Shown here piece after piece: positions 1 to 9,498 of a DNA stretch of 48,420 nt; the stretch's first letter is position 1, and each line of letters begins with the position of its first letter. The notes under the pieces are model-generated. The model was not told the origin of the DNA and did no database searches. It saw only the letters and a list, made by a program, of their open reading frames with translations. Source of the stretch: Dehalococcoidia bacterium (lineage in GTDB: Bacteria; Chloroflexota; Dehalococcoidia; Lucifugimonadales; HRBIN23); NCBI GenBank assembly GCA_046294495.1, contig JBKBKV010000004.1, forward strand, positions 12,498-60,917, written 5' to 3'. Made by a program: the position numbers and the translations under genes.

Positions 1-327
1 TCTCTTCCCCCCGGGGCATCACCCCGCATCGCCCTGACGCCAGAGATGCACGACGCAGTGGTGGCCCTGCGGGAGTTCTTGTTTGAACGGGTCTACCTTC
101 CTTTGGGGCGCACCCCTGAGAGCCAGCGTGCCAGGGATATTGTGGCTTTCCTCTTTCACTACTACGCTGAGCACCCGGAGTTGCTACCAACCGAGGGAGT
201 TCCCCTTGACCCACCCCAGCGCAGGGCGGCAGACTATGTAGCGGGGATGACAGACCTGTTCGCCCTTATGACAGCCGAGCGGCTGCGCCCAGGCATCGGG
301 CAGGGGATCCGCTGGATGCGCCTGTAG
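1..327 (+). CDS. dgt: dGTP triphosphohydrolase-like HD protein, C-terminal part (5' truncated by window edge)
   Basis: C-terminal motifs 'LREFLFERVY' and 'AADYVAGMTD' typical of dGTPase-like proteins; conserved position upstream of dnaG. Confidence 0.8.
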   Translation, partial: SLPPGASPRIALTPEMHDAVVALREFLFERVYLPLGRTPESQRARDIVAFLFHYYAEHPELLPTEGVPLDPPQRRAADYVAGMTDLFALMTAERLRPGIGQGIRWMRL

Positions 328-342
328 GCAAAGGAGCCGGAT

Positions 343-2130
343 ATGACCTTCATCAACGAACTGCGCCAGCGGCTAGACATCGTCCAGGTCATCTCTTCTT
401 ACATCCCCCTGCAGCGGGCCGGGAAAAACTTCAAGGCCCTCTGCCCATTCCACCAGGAGCGCACCCCCTCCTTCTTCGTCTTCCCTGAACGGCAGACTTG
501 GCGATGCTTTGGCGCCTGCGCCCAGGGGGGCGATGTATTCAGTTTCGTGATGCGCCACGAGGGGGTTACTTTTGGAGAGGCCCTGCGTCTGCTTGCCCAA
601 AGGGCTGGTCTCCCCATCCCTTCCAAGCAGGGTGTTCCCGCCTCCACCCACGCCCCCCTCTACCAAGTCAACGCAGAGGCGTCCCGCTTTTACCACCACT
701 TCCTCCTGGTAAACGAAGAGGCCCGCTCGGCCCGTGAATACCTCTCCCGGCGCGGTGTAGCTGCCGAGACCGTGCGCCGCTTCCAGATAGGGCTGGCACC
801 TAGCAAGGGCGACGCCCTGAAACAGCACCTCTTGGGATTGGGCTACCGGGAGGATTTGCTGGAACAGGCGGGCCTGCTCTTTCGCCGGGAAGACGGCTTT
901 ACCCGCGACCTGTTCGTAGGACGCCTCCTCTTCCCCATCTGCGATTCCCAGGGACGCCCTATCGGGTTTGGCGGGCGTGCCCAGGACGGCTCGGACCCCA
1001 AGTATTTGAACACTCCTCGCACGCCCATTTTTGACAAAGGGAACACCCTTTATGGCCTCCACCTGGCAGAGGAGGCGGCCCGCAGAGAGGGCCTGGTGGC
1101 CGTAGTAGAAGGCTACTTTGATGTGCTTCTCCTGCATCAGGCAGGCTTTGCCAATGTGGTGGCCAGTATGGGCACCTCCCTCACAGAGGGGCAGGCGCGC
1201 CGTCTCCAGGGGCTGGCCCCCACCATCGTTATCGCTCTGGACCCAGATGCCGCTGGCCAAGAGGCCACCCTGCGAAGCCTGGAAAGCGCCTGGCATCTGC
1301 TACAACGCCCGAGCATGGGCACAGCACGAGGCATCACCTTCTACCAGGCCCCGGAACACTCCCTGCGCATCGCCTTGCTTCCCCAGGGCCAGGACCCCGA
1401 TGAACTTGTGCTTCGTGAGCCGGAGGCCTGGAAGCGTGCCCTGGCCCAAGCCGAGGGTGCTCTAGAGTTCATCCTCCGCTACCTCTCCCAGCGGGTGGAT
1501 GTCTCTACTCCATATGGGAAACAAACCCTGGCAGAGCGTCTGCTCCCCCTCATCTTCTCCCTGCCCAACCCCTTTGAACAGGATCGCGCGCTGGAACGCC
1601 TGGCCCACTTACTAGGAGTAAGGAGGGAGGTGCTTCTGGCCGCTGGTGCGGGGCGACGCCCCGGGCCATCGCGTCCCACCCGCGTAGAGGGCAGGATAAT
1701 CGTTCAAGCCACCGACGAACCCCTGGAGACCTACCTCCTCGCCCTCCTTCTGCGCTACCCCGACCTGCGCCCGGCCGCTACCTCCCTCGGCCCAGACCAT
1801 TTCCATCGCACGGAGAACAGGGAACTCTTCACAGCCTTGCTACAAAACGCTATAATAGAAGATGTCCAAAGCGTGCTCCCCGACCCGCTCCGCTCCTATG
1901 CGCAGGACATTCAGGGGAGGGATTTCCCCCCTACCGATAGGAAGGAACGCCAACAAGCCGTAGAAGAGGTCGTGCGCCGCCTGGAAGAGCGCCGTCTGCG
2001 TGAGATAAAGCAGGGCGAGGCCGAGGGTTTCCTCAGGGTTGCATCACCCCAGGAATCCCTTGCAGTCAATCGGCGCCTTCACCAAGTCTTCCAGGACACA
2101 GCCCAGCGAGGAAGGGGAGTAGGCAGGTAA
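343..2130 (+). CDS. dnaG: DNA primase
   Basis: CHC2 zinc finger (CPFH..ERTPSF..CFGAC), KYLNTP, TOPRIM motifs VVEGYFD and LDPDAAG; SD AAGGAG upstream. Confidence 0.98.
   Translation: MTFINELRQRLDIVQVISSYIPLQRAGKNFKALCPFHQERTPSFFVFPERQTWRCFGACAQGGDVFSFVMRHEGVTFGEALRLLAQRAGLPIPSKQGVPASTHAPLYQVNAEASRFYHHFLLVNEEARSAREYLSRRGVAAETVRRFQIGLAPSKGDALKQHLLGLGYREDLLEQAGLLFRREDGFTRDLFVGRLLFPICDSQGRPIGFGGRAQDGSDPKYLNTPRTPIFDKGNTLYGLHLAEEAARREGLVAVVEGYFDVLLLHQAGFANVVASMGTSLTEGQARRLQGLAPTIVIALDPDAAGQEATLRSLESAWHLLQRPSMGTARGITFYQAPEHSLRIALLPQGQDPDELVLREPEAWKRALAQAEGALEFILRYLSQRVDVSTPYGKQTLAERLLPLIFSLPNPFEQDRALERLAHLLGVRREVLLAAGAGRRPGPSRPTRVEGRIIVQATDEPLETYLLALLLRYPDLRPAATSLGPDHFHRTENRELFTALLQNAIIEDVQSVLPDPLRSYAQDIQGRDFPPTDRKERQQAVEEVVRRLEERRLREIKQGEAEGFLRVASPQESLAVNRRLHQVFQDTAQRGRGVGR
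1828..1856 (+). promoter_or_regulatory. sigma70-type promoter inside the dnaG 3' end, probably driving rpoD
   Basis: TTCACA-17 bp-TATAAT in an otherwise GC-rich coding region. Confidence 0.6.
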
Positions 2131-2140
2131 GAGAGCCAAA

Positions 2141-4111
2141 ATGCCTAGCAAGAAGCGTCGCCAGCCACAACCACCCGCTGATTTCATCCCTCTGGAAGAT
2201 GAGATCATCTCTCCGGAGGAGCCATCCCTTTCCGTCCCGGAAGAGCCTCTACTCGGCGAAATGGTGCCTCTACCTGCTGTCCCTATACCCCCGCCGGTAG
2301 CACCGCAACCCATAGAAGAGCCACAGGCCCCTGTCCCTCCGGCTCGCGACCTATGGGAGGAAGGCCCCACAGAGGAGGAACTGGAGGAAGAGGCTCGCCT
2401 GGAAATTGAAGAGGAGATAGAAGATACCGAGGCCCTTGAAGACCCGGTGCGCATGTATTTGCGGGAGATTGGGCGTGTCTCCCTCTTGACCGCAAAGGAT
2501 GAACAGGACCTGGCCCAGCGCATGGAGTGTCAGAACTATATCCTGGCCATACGGGAATCCCTCACCACGCCCGATGGGCGCCCACCCGCCTCCTGGCAGG
2601 TGGTGCGGGAGATGCTCCGCCGCCTCTCCCTGGCGGAGCCTCTGGTAGCCGCTCTGGGCCACCACCTCGCCATACCTGCTCCTGTTACTCTGGAGCGCGT
2701 CGTCAGCGACCGCACTATTCGGGATGTCCTGGACCATGTAATGCCCACTGCAGTGGTAAAGGCCCTAACCCAGGTTCTCCAAGTAAAGTTGGGGAAAACA
2801 GCCACCAAAGCCCAGGGGCATATCCTCGGGGCCTTCCGTAAGAACCCCGAGCAAGACAAGGCCCAAGCCTTCCCTATCCTTCTAGCAGAGGTTATGCGCA
2901 TTATTGCAACCGCCAAACCTGATGTTGTGGACATATGGGTGGGTGTGCTAGACCTTCCTATGCCCCCGGATGCCCATACCCTGGTGCAACACCCTAAGGT
3001 GCGCAAGGTATTAGACACCTGGCGTGCCCAGGCGTCTAATGCCTCTGCGACAGTTGCCTCGCAGGCCGACACCCCACCTGCTGAACATCCAACCCATCAG
3101 GAGGTGCGCCGCCTGCTTCAGGAAAAGGCGAAGGCCACGGCCAGCGAGGTATATCGCCGTGCCCTGGAAGTTCTGCAGGTAACCCAGGCCGATGTGGAGC
3201 AGGCGATTATCCGCCTCTCCCTCAACAGCCGGCTCCTGCCACACGCGGTAGTAGAAGCGGTAGGGAAGGAACGCACCCTCGCCGACCTGCGTAGGTGGTT
3301 GGAGGACGAAACGCAGGTGCGCGCTGCGTTGGAGCCTCTGGAAGACCTTCTCCAAGCCCACCTCTCCTACCTGGTGGCTGAGGGCGAGCGCGCCAAGAAA
3401 CACCTGACCGAAGCCAACCTGCGCCTGGTCGTCAGTGTGGCCAAGAAATACATTGGCCGCGGCATGAGCCTCCTTGACCTGGTGCAGGAGGGGAACATAG
3501 GGCTTATCCGTGCAGTGGAGAAGTTTGACTACCGCAAAGGCTACAAGTTTTCTACCTACGCCACCTGGTGGATTCGCCAGGCCATTACTCGTGCCATCGC
3601 TGACCAGGCCCGCACTATCCGCATCCCCGTGCACATGGTGGAAACCATCAACAAGTTGACGCGGGAACAGCGCCGCCTAGTGCAAGAGACGGGGCGTGAG
3701 CCTACCGCCGAAGACCTGGCCAAGCGCATGGACACCACCCGGGAACGGGTGCAAGACATCTTCCGCATCGCCCAGGAACCTGTCTCCCTGGAGACGCCCA
3801 TCGGCGAGGAAGAGGACTCCCATTTGGGGGACTTCATTGAAGACCGGGCGGTGCCACAGCCCGTAGACGCCGCCGCCCAGCAGTTGATGCGCGAGGCAGT
3901 CCAGCAAGCCCTGCGCACCCTCACGGAGCGGGAGCGCCGCGTGCTGGAAATGCGGTTCGGCCTGATAGACGGTCGTGCCCGCACCCTGGAGGAGGTGGGG
4001 CGCGCTTTCAATGTAACGCGCGAGCGCATCCGCCAAATTGAGGCTAAAGCCCTCCGCAAACTCCGCCACCCCTCCAGGAGCAGGAAACTACGCGACTTCC
4101 TGGAGGGCTAA
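2141..4111 (+). CDS. rpoD: RNA polymerase primary sigma factor with long non-conserved insertion
   Basis: Region 1.2 [11 protein letters not shown], region 2 [14 protein letters not shown]...[16 protein letters not shown], region 4 [25 protein letters not shown]; follows dnaG. Confidence 0.98.
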   Translation: MPSKKRRQPQPPADFIPLEDEIISPEEPSLSVPEEPLLGEMVPLPAVPIPPPVAPQPIEEPQAPVPPARDLWEEGPTEEELEEEARLEIEEEIEDTEALEDPVRMYLREIGRVSLLTAKDEQDLAQRMECQNYILAIRESLTTPDGRPPASWQVVREMLRRLSLAEPLVAALGHHLAIPAPVTLERVVSDRTIRDVLDHVMPTAVVKALTQVLQVKLGKTATKAQGHILGAFRKNPEQDKAQAFPILLAEVMRIIATAKPDVVDIWVGVLDLPMPPDAHTLVQHPKVRKVLDTWRAQASNASATVASQADTPPAEHPTHQEVRRLLQEKAKATASEVYRRALEVLQVTQADVEQAIIRLSLNSRLLPHAVVEAVGKERTLADLRRWLEDETQVRAALEPLEDLLQAHLSYLVAEGERAKKHLTEANLRLVVSVAKKYIGRGMSLLDLVQEGNIGLIRAVEKFDYRKGYKFSTYATWWIRQAITRAIADQARTIRIPVHMVETINKLTREQRRLVQETGREPTAEDLAKRMDTTRERVQDIFRIAQEPVSLETPIGEEEDSHLGDFIEDRAVPQPVDAAAQQLMREAVQQALRTLTERERRVLEMRFGLIDGRARTLEEVGRAFNVTRERIRQIEAKALRKLRHPSRSRKLRDFLEG

Positions 4112-4115
4112 GGTA

Positions 4116-5051
4116 ATGGAGCAGTGGGAAGGGAGGATTACCCCTACACCCCCTTTCTCCCTCGCCTTGACCGCAGGCTATCAGACTTATTTCCAGGGCC
4201 GTGTGGGAGCCGATGTTTTCCAGCAAGGGGTATTCATACGCCTCCTGGAGCGGCAAGGACGCCACCTCCTCCTGCGAATAACCAGCGCCCATCACCCAGA
4301 AGACCCCGACAACCCTCTCTTACGTGTCCAGGTGATAGGCCCTCAGCTCTCCGCGGAAGATATAAACTGGGCGATGGAACGAGCGGCCTGGATCCTGAAC
4401 ACCGACGCTGACCTCCGCCCCTTGTATGCTATTGCACAGAGCGACCCCATACTGGGGCCAAGTATGCCTGCCCTCTACGGACTGCACCCCCCGCGCATGC
4501 CAAGCGTGTTTGAGGGCCTGGTGTTCGCCATTTGTGGCCAGCAAGTGTCTGCCGTGGTGGCTCGGCGCATTCGCACCCGCCTGGTGGAGCGCTTCGGGAA
4601 CGCCCTGCACTGGGATGGACAACTCTGGCGGGCCTTTCCAGGCCCAGAGCGCATCTTAGCGGGTGGAGCCGCTGCCCTGCGAGAGACGGGCCTGAGCCAG
4701 CGCAAGGCGGAATACATCCTAGAGGCGGCGGAGCAGACCCTCATCCAAAAGGCGCCCCTGGAAGACCTGGCCTTCCGTTCCACCGAGGAGGTGCGGGAAC
4801 GCCTCATGGCCCTGCGGGGGGTTGGCCATTGGACAGTGGAATGGGTGGTGCTACGCGCCCTGGGCCGTCCAGAAGTGTTCCCTGCCGGAGACCTAGCCAT
4901 CCAGAGGCTCTTGTCCAGCCTCTATAACGGTGGCACCCCCATGCGGGACGAGGAGTGCCGGGCCTTGGCGGAGCGTTGGGGGCCTTGGAAGGGGTATGCG
5001 GCGGTGCTCTTGTTTGCGGGGGCGCGCCTGGGAGTATTCTCCCCATCTTGA
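4116..5051 (+). CDS. alkA: AlkA-like DNA-3-methyladenine glycosylase (HhH-GPD)
   Basis: FEGLVFAICGQQVS, HhH motif LRGVGHWT, VFPAGDLAI; ATG at 4116 just after the rpoD stop. Confidence 0.88.
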   Translation: MEQWEGRITPTPPFSLALTAGYQTYFQGRVGADVFQQGVFIRLLERQGRHLLLRITSAHHPEDPDNPLLRVQVIGPQLSAEDINWAMERAAWILNTDADLRPLYAIAQSDPILGPSMPALYGLHPPRMPSVFEGLVFAICGQQVSAVVARRIRTRLVERFGNALHWDGQLWRAFPGPERILAGGAAALRETGLSQRKAEYILEAAEQTLIQKAPLEDLAFRSTEEVRERLMALRGVGHWTVEWVVLRALGRPEVFPAGDLAIQRLLSSLYNGGTPMRDEECRALAERWGPWKGYAAVLLFAGARLGVFSPS

Positions 5052-5135
5052 AAGGGCATAGCCACGACATGGGTGAAACCACGCAATAGGGACACTACAG
5101 TGGGAATAGCGGGTAACCGCAGAACCCACTCCCCG

Positions 5136-5164
5136 TTGACACCGCCCAAAGCCTGTCCTAGTAT
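5136..5164 (+). promoter_or_regulatory. sigma70 promoter of tRNA-Asp
   Basis: TTGACA-17 bp-TAGTAT, 10 bp upstream of the tRNA. Confidence 0.7.
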
Positions 5165-5174
5165 AGATACGGGT

Positions 5175-5251
5175 GGCCCGGTGGTGTAGCGGCCTAACAT
5201 ACCGCCCTGTCACGGCGGAGATCGGGGGTTCGAATCCCCTCCGGGTCGCCA
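5175..5251 (+). tRNA. tRNA-Asp(GTC)
   Basis: Acceptor GGCCCGG/CCGGGTC, anticodon arm CCGCC-CTGTCAC-GGCGG, GGTTCGAATCC T-arm, encoded CCA. Confidence 0.97.
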
Positions 5252-5649
5252 CACCCAATCCCTCTGCTTCCTGTCTTAGCAGGTCTTTCCCTATCTTGTG
5301 CGCGTCCAGCCAAAAGTTTTGGCTCCCCAACTCAAGGGAGTGCGGAGCGTTCGGTATTAGTGCATAACCGTATTGGAGCGCCTTCCGCTTGGAGGGCCAG
5401 GAGCCATTACCCGTCAGGCCACTTTGGCCTTCGGAGGGCCATACATAGGGTAGGAACACTCAACCCAATCACCGGTCTATCTTGCGGGCATTATCCGGCC
5501 GGTTTCGGTATTTGGCTAACCAGAGGAGGCGTCTGAGGTTATCTGGCTGTTGGGAAACGGCCCTGGGGGCCTTGCCTCAGGAGGTATATGGCTGTGCACA
5601 CTAGCAGTTTTACGGAAACTCTACATACTGAACGACCGCTTGAACGCTG

Positions 5650-5725
5650 TGGTGGAGATGGGGGGATTCGAACCCCCGACCTCCTGCATGCCATGCAGGC
5701 GCTCTCCCAACTGAGCCACATCCCC
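5650..5725 (-). tRNA. tRNA-Ala(GGC)
   Basis: Acceptor GGGGATG/CATCTCC with G3:U70 identity pair, anticodon arm CCTGC-ATGGCAT-GCAGG, TTCGAAT loop, CCA. Confidence 0.97.
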
Positions 5726-5756
5726 ACACGGGGTAGGGGACCATCTCCTCACTACT

Positions 5757-5785
5757 AATATAGCCCCTGCCCCCCCTCCTGACAA
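5757..5785 (-). promoter_or_regulatory. sigma70 promoter of tRNA-Ala
   Basis: Minus strand TTGTCA-17 bp-TATATT. Confidence 0.6.
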
Positions 5786-5818
5786 GCCCCTTCCGGGGGA
5801 TTATCCCCCCGTGGGGTT
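5785..5818 (-). terminator. GC-rich hairpin downstream of the Lrp gene, possible terminator
   Basis: GGGGGA-TTA-TCCCCC core extendable by AGCCCC/GGGGTT; no clear U-tract. Confidence 0.35.
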
Positions 5819-5833
5819 CTCGCAGGGGTAGGC

Positions 5834-6298
5834 CTACATCACCGGCAGGGCACCGGCACGCTTCTTCACCGAAAGAGCCACAAAGGTCTCGGTGCGCCTC
5901 ACACCAGGCACCGCGCCGATCTTCGTCCGAAGGAGGGTGCCCAGTTCGTCGGCGGAGGGAACAGTAACCCAGAGCATCACATCATAGGCACCTGTGGTTA
6001 CGGCCGCCCACTGCACTTCCTTCAGTTGGGATAGGCGATCGCCTACCTCGTCCAGTTTGTCCGGGTCCGCCTGCACCCCCACGATGGCCTCTGTTTCGTA
6101 GCCTAGTTTCTCGGGCTGGGGTAAAGCCGCCACCCGGATAAACCCCTCTTCCACCAGGCGCTTCAGACGGCGGCGAACGGTTCCTTCGCTCACCCTCACC
6201 TCCCGGGCGATGCGGGCGTTGGATGCACGGCCGTCCGCCTGAAGGATAGTGATGATTTTGCGGTCAAGTTCGTCCATAAGAACCCGTGCCCTCGGCAT
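5834..6298 (-). CDS. Lrp/AsnC family transcriptional regulator
   Basis: MDELDRKII..LQADGRASNARIAREVRVSEGTVRRRLKRL HTH plus C-terminal RAM domain (TTGAYD); start 6298 or 6277. Confidence 0.93.
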   Translation of the reverse strand: MPRARVLMDELDRKIITILQADGRASNARIAREVRVSEGTVRRRLKRLVEEGFIRVAALPQPEKLGYETEAIVGVQADPDKLDEVGDRLSQLKEVQWAAVTTGAYDVMLWVTVPSADELGTLLRTKIGAVPGVRRTETFVALSVKKRAGALPVM

Positions 6299-6350
6299 GA
6301 TAGCGCACCCCTTTCCTGTAGCAGTGGCCGAAACGCCCATTCAAAACTAC

Positions 6351-6378
6351 ATTATATCACTTTTACGCCATCCGTCAA
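6351..6378 (-). promoter_or_regulatory. sigma70 promoter of the Lrp/AsnC gene
   Basis: Minus strand TTGACG-16 bp-TATAAT with extended -10 TG. Confidence 0.7.
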
Positions 6379-6545
6379 GTGGCGTGGGGTTTGCCTTGCT
6401 TTCTAGACAGCAACCCTGCCAACGCTTATGCAGAGCATCCGCATGCACTCGCCAGAGAGGACTTTACCCTAGTGATGGCATTAGAAGAGGGAAACGGGGG
6501 GACAGACCCTGGGTCATAAGGTGTGGAGGGTGAGGGAGGGGGCCT

Positions 6546-7385
6546 TCACCCTTTATATCGGGATGGGCCTTCATACGATAAGACACGCTCCCGCACAGCC
6601 CCCATAGCGGTGATATTGCCCTGCACCATGCCCTCCAGGAAGGCAGCCCGCCTCTCAACTTCAGGGGGAAGGGTGGAAGGCTCTAGCCCCAAACGCCGCG
6701 CCAGGGCCACCCCGCCTTGTCCCTCTAGACAAAGGCGATAAGCACCGCTCTTGGCGTCCCAAGCGGCGATCCGGAGTGTAGGCGGACAGCGACTGCTTGG
6801 AGTGAGGGGCAGCACCAAATCAAGGCGGGTGAGGCGGCGTATTATCCCACCATCGCCATATACCACATCTAGAAACCCCAGCAGATGCAGACAGGCTACC
6901 ACCTCTGCACTCACCCCGATGGGAAGGCCCATCAACTGCTCAAAGACCTCTTGGGGGGTCGTGGCGTGCATAGTGGCCCCCAGGGAGTAGCCTTTGCTCA
7001 CGGCTTCAAACACCTTCCGCACCGCCGGGCCCCAGAGGTAGGTGGGGAGGTGGTCACTGATTTCGTTCACCATAATGTAGGTGCGTGCCGGATCGGTCTC
7101 CTGGAGCCAGGCGAAGTCTTCTCGCCACCCCCAGGTATAGACCACCTCGTAATGGGGAGGCAGGAGGGCGATGAGGGCGGTGAGAAGGGTCGTCTTGCCT
7201 GCCATAGGGGGTTCAGAGGCAAAGATGATAGACGCCTTGCAGTCCATGGCCAGCCAGAAGAGGGCGGCCAAGCGGCTGTCCAGGGTGCCGGTCTGGATAA
7301 GTTCCACGATGGACATTGGCTGGGCAAGCCACTGGTGCCCACCCCACCATCCATACGGGCGGTGCCACCGCTTCACCGACTGCAC
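6546..7385 (-). CDS. Stand-alone VirB11/CpaF/PulE-like P-loop ATPase lacking the usual N-terminal domain
   Basis: Walker A variant SEPPMAGKTT, acidic WREDF box, Walker B-like IMVNEI, His-box ATMHA; GTG start 7385 with SD GGGGAGG (alternative ATG 7316). Confidence 0.7.
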   Translation of the reverse strand: MQSVKRWHRPYGWWGGHQWLAQPMSIVELIQTGTLDSRLAALFWLAMDCKASIIFASEPPMAGKTTLLTALIALLPPHYEVVYTWGWREDFAWLQETDPARTYIMVNEISDHLPTYLWGPAVRKVFEAVSKGYSLGATMHATTPQEVFEQLMGLPIGVSAEVVACLHLLGFLDVVYGDGGIIRRLTRLDLVLPLTPSSRCPPTLRIAAWDAKSGAYRLCLEGQGGVALARRLGLEPSTLPPEVERRAAFLEGMVQGNITAMGAVRERVLSYEGPSRYKG

Positions 7386-7396
7386 ATCTGCCTCCC

Positions 7397-9430
7397 CTAC
7401 CCCACAACCTGCTTGCGCCGGTTCATCACATAGTCTACCAGCACATACTGTCCGAGACGCTCCGGGGTAGTGTAGAAAGCGCGCCCTCGGTTGATACGGG
7501 TCATCTTCTCCACGAAGTTCACCAGGTCGTAGTTGCTTTCCAACATAAAGGTATTGATAACAATGCCCTCCTGGGTGCACCGTTTCACCTCTTTCAAGGT
7601 CTCTTGGATGGTGCGCCACGAGGGAGGGTAACTGAACCACGCACGCCCGCCCTCCAGATGAGCAGTAGGCTCACCATCGGTTATGATCAGGATCTGGCGC
7701 GTTGCGCCCTTGTGGCGGGTGAACAGTTTTCGTGCCAAAAGCAGGGCGTGCTGCAGGTTCGTGCCCGATACCCAGGAGTTCCAGGTAACCAGGGCCAGGT
7801 CTTCGGGTTTGATCTCCATGGCGTAGTCGGAGAAGCCGATAAGATAAAGCACATCCCGGGGAAACTGGGTGCGAATGAGGGTGGAGAGGGCTAGGGCCAC
7901 TTTCTTAGCAGCCTGGAAGGAGCCGAAAAGACCCATGCTCCGGCTCTGGTCCAGCAGAAGGCAGGTGGCGGCCTGGGTCATATGCTCCCGCTCGTTGACT
8001 TCAAAGTCGTCCACCTGGAAGCGCACAGGCAGTTGGGGGCCGGTGCGGCGCAGGGCGTTTATAACGGACTTCTCCAGGTCAATGTCAAAACCGTCGCCGA
8101 ACTGGTAGGGGCGCGTGCTCCCGCTAAGATCCTGGCCTATGCCCTTGCGCACTACCTCGTGTCCGCCCAGGCGGTCCTTTTTGAGGCGTGCAAAAACCTC
8201 CTTCAGGGCCTTCTGGCCAATGCGCCGGATGCCCTTGGGAGTCAGTTCCAGGCGCTTCCCCCGGTGCTGGAGGTAGCCCGCCTCCTCCAGGCGGCGCAGG
8301 ATGCGCTGAAGTTCCTCCAGGATGCGTCGGGCCTCGGTGCCCAGCACCTCCTCCACCTTGTCCAGGTCTATCCCTTCCAGGTCGCCTGTGCGCATAGCCT
8401 CCAGGACTGCATCTTCCACATCGTCCATAGACTGGAGGTGGCGCATAAGGTCCATAGCCTGGTCCAGGTCCAGTTCCTCATCGCCCGAGAAGTTATACCT
8501 GTGCCCCAGTTCATCAGCAGGGGAAAGGGAGTTTAGGTGCCCAGCCAACTCGGCCAGTTCCCGCAGGGTGGCCTCGTCCAGCACCGAGCGCAGGAGTTCA
8601 TCCAGTTCCTGACGCTGGGCGGGGGATAGGCTCTCCAGAAGGGACTGGGCCATAGCCATCTGCTGGGCCAGACGCTCTAGGAGCTCTTCTAATGAGCGCG
8701 GTGGTTTGGGGCCGAAGAAGTGGCCGAACCTTTGCATAAAGCCTTGAAAGTCCGGCTCCTGGCCTCGGGCCTGCTGGCGGAGCATCCGGTTCAGGGCATT
8801 CAGCATCTGCCGGATTTCCTGCCACTGCTGGGGGGTCATGCCCTGGATGGCCTGGCGCAGGCCCTGGAAGAAGTTGTCCATCATCCGCCCGCGAAGCATA
8901 TCTAACAGCTCCTGGAACTCTCTATGGGCCTCGGGAGAGAAGAAGTCGTAACTGGAGAGGCGGCGCACCGCCCCGGCCAGGCTCTTAGGGAGGTTGTCTA
9001 GAAACTCCTTGCTTTTCTGGGTGCGTGCCTGCACCAGGTCGCGCAGGCGCTGGGCTATGGGGTCGTCCTTGTGCTGTTCCGCCTTCTGTTTGGCATCCTG
9101 CAAGCGCTGGTCTATAGCCTTGCGTTCGGTTTCCAGGATGCGCTCCAGGCGCCTTCGCAGGTCGTCCAGGACGGTGTCTAGGTTGTAGCGCTGGAGGCGC
9201 TCCTGGCGCAGACGGCGCAGGCGTTCCAGGAGGTCGCGTAGCCCCTCCAGGCGCTGGCCCTGGTTATTGCGTATCCCTCGGTTGAAGAGGTCCCTCAGGG
9301 CGCGGCGCAGGTCTCCGTGCGCCATGTAATCCTCGGACAACTCGTCCAACAGTTGCTCTTCATCCGGGGCGAAGACCTGCTGGGTGCCATCCCATCGGGC
9401 ATACCGATAGAAGGAGAGCATGCCCACCAC
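7397..9430 (-). CDS. VWA domain protein with long helical N-terminus (Rv0959-like)
   Basis: N-terminal YRYARWDGTQ, MIDAS motif DQSRSM, GTNLQHAL, ITDGEPTAH; start 9430 or 9421. Confidence 0.88.
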   Translation of the reverse strand: MVGMLSFYRYARWDGTQQVFAPDEEQLLDELSEDYMAHGDLRRALRDLFNRGIRNNQGQRLEGLRDLLERLRRLRQERLQRYNLDTVLDDLRRRLERILETERKAIDQRLQDAKQKAEQHKDDPIAQRLRDLVQARTQKSKEFLDNLPKSLAGAVRRLSSYDFFSPEAHREFQELLDMLRGRMMDNFFQGLRQAIQGMTPQQWQEIRQMLNALNRMLRQQARGQEPDFQGFMQRFGHFFGPKPPRSLEELLERLAQQMAMAQSLLESLSPAQRQELDELLRSVLDEATLRELAELAGHLNSLSPADELGHRYNFSGDEELDLDQAMDLMRHLQSMDDVEDAVLEAMRTGDLEGIDLDKVEEVLGTEARRILEELQRILRRLEEAGYLQHRGKRLELTPKGIRRIGQKALKEVFARLKKDRLGGHEVVRKGIGQDLSGSTRPYQFGDGFDIDLEKSVINALRRTGPQLPVRFQVDDFEVNEREHMTQAATCLLLDQSRSMGLFGSFQAAKKVALALSTLIRTQFPRDVLYLIGFSDYAMEIKPEDLALVTWNSWVSGTNLQHALLLARKLFTRHKGATRQILIITDGEPTAHLEGGRAWFSYPPSWRTIQETLKEVKRCTQEGIVINTFMLESNYDLVNFVEKMTRINRGRAFYTTPERLGQYVLVDYVMNRRKQVVG

Positions 9431-9470
9431 ACCTTTCCAGGGCCTTTCCCTTCCCCCAGGCCCTGAGGTT

Positions 9471-9498
9471 ATAATACCCCCTCTGCCTGCCCTGTCAA
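9471..9498 (-). promoter_or_regulatory. sigma70 promoter for the VWA-ATPase pair
   Basis: Minus strand TTGACA-16 bp-TATTAT, with the -35 overlapping the nadC stop codon. Confidence 0.5.

Noticed and set aside
4893-5727. ORFs overlapping tRNA-Asp and tRNA-Ala
   Set aside because: They are translations of tRNA sequence; cloverleaf evidence is much stronger
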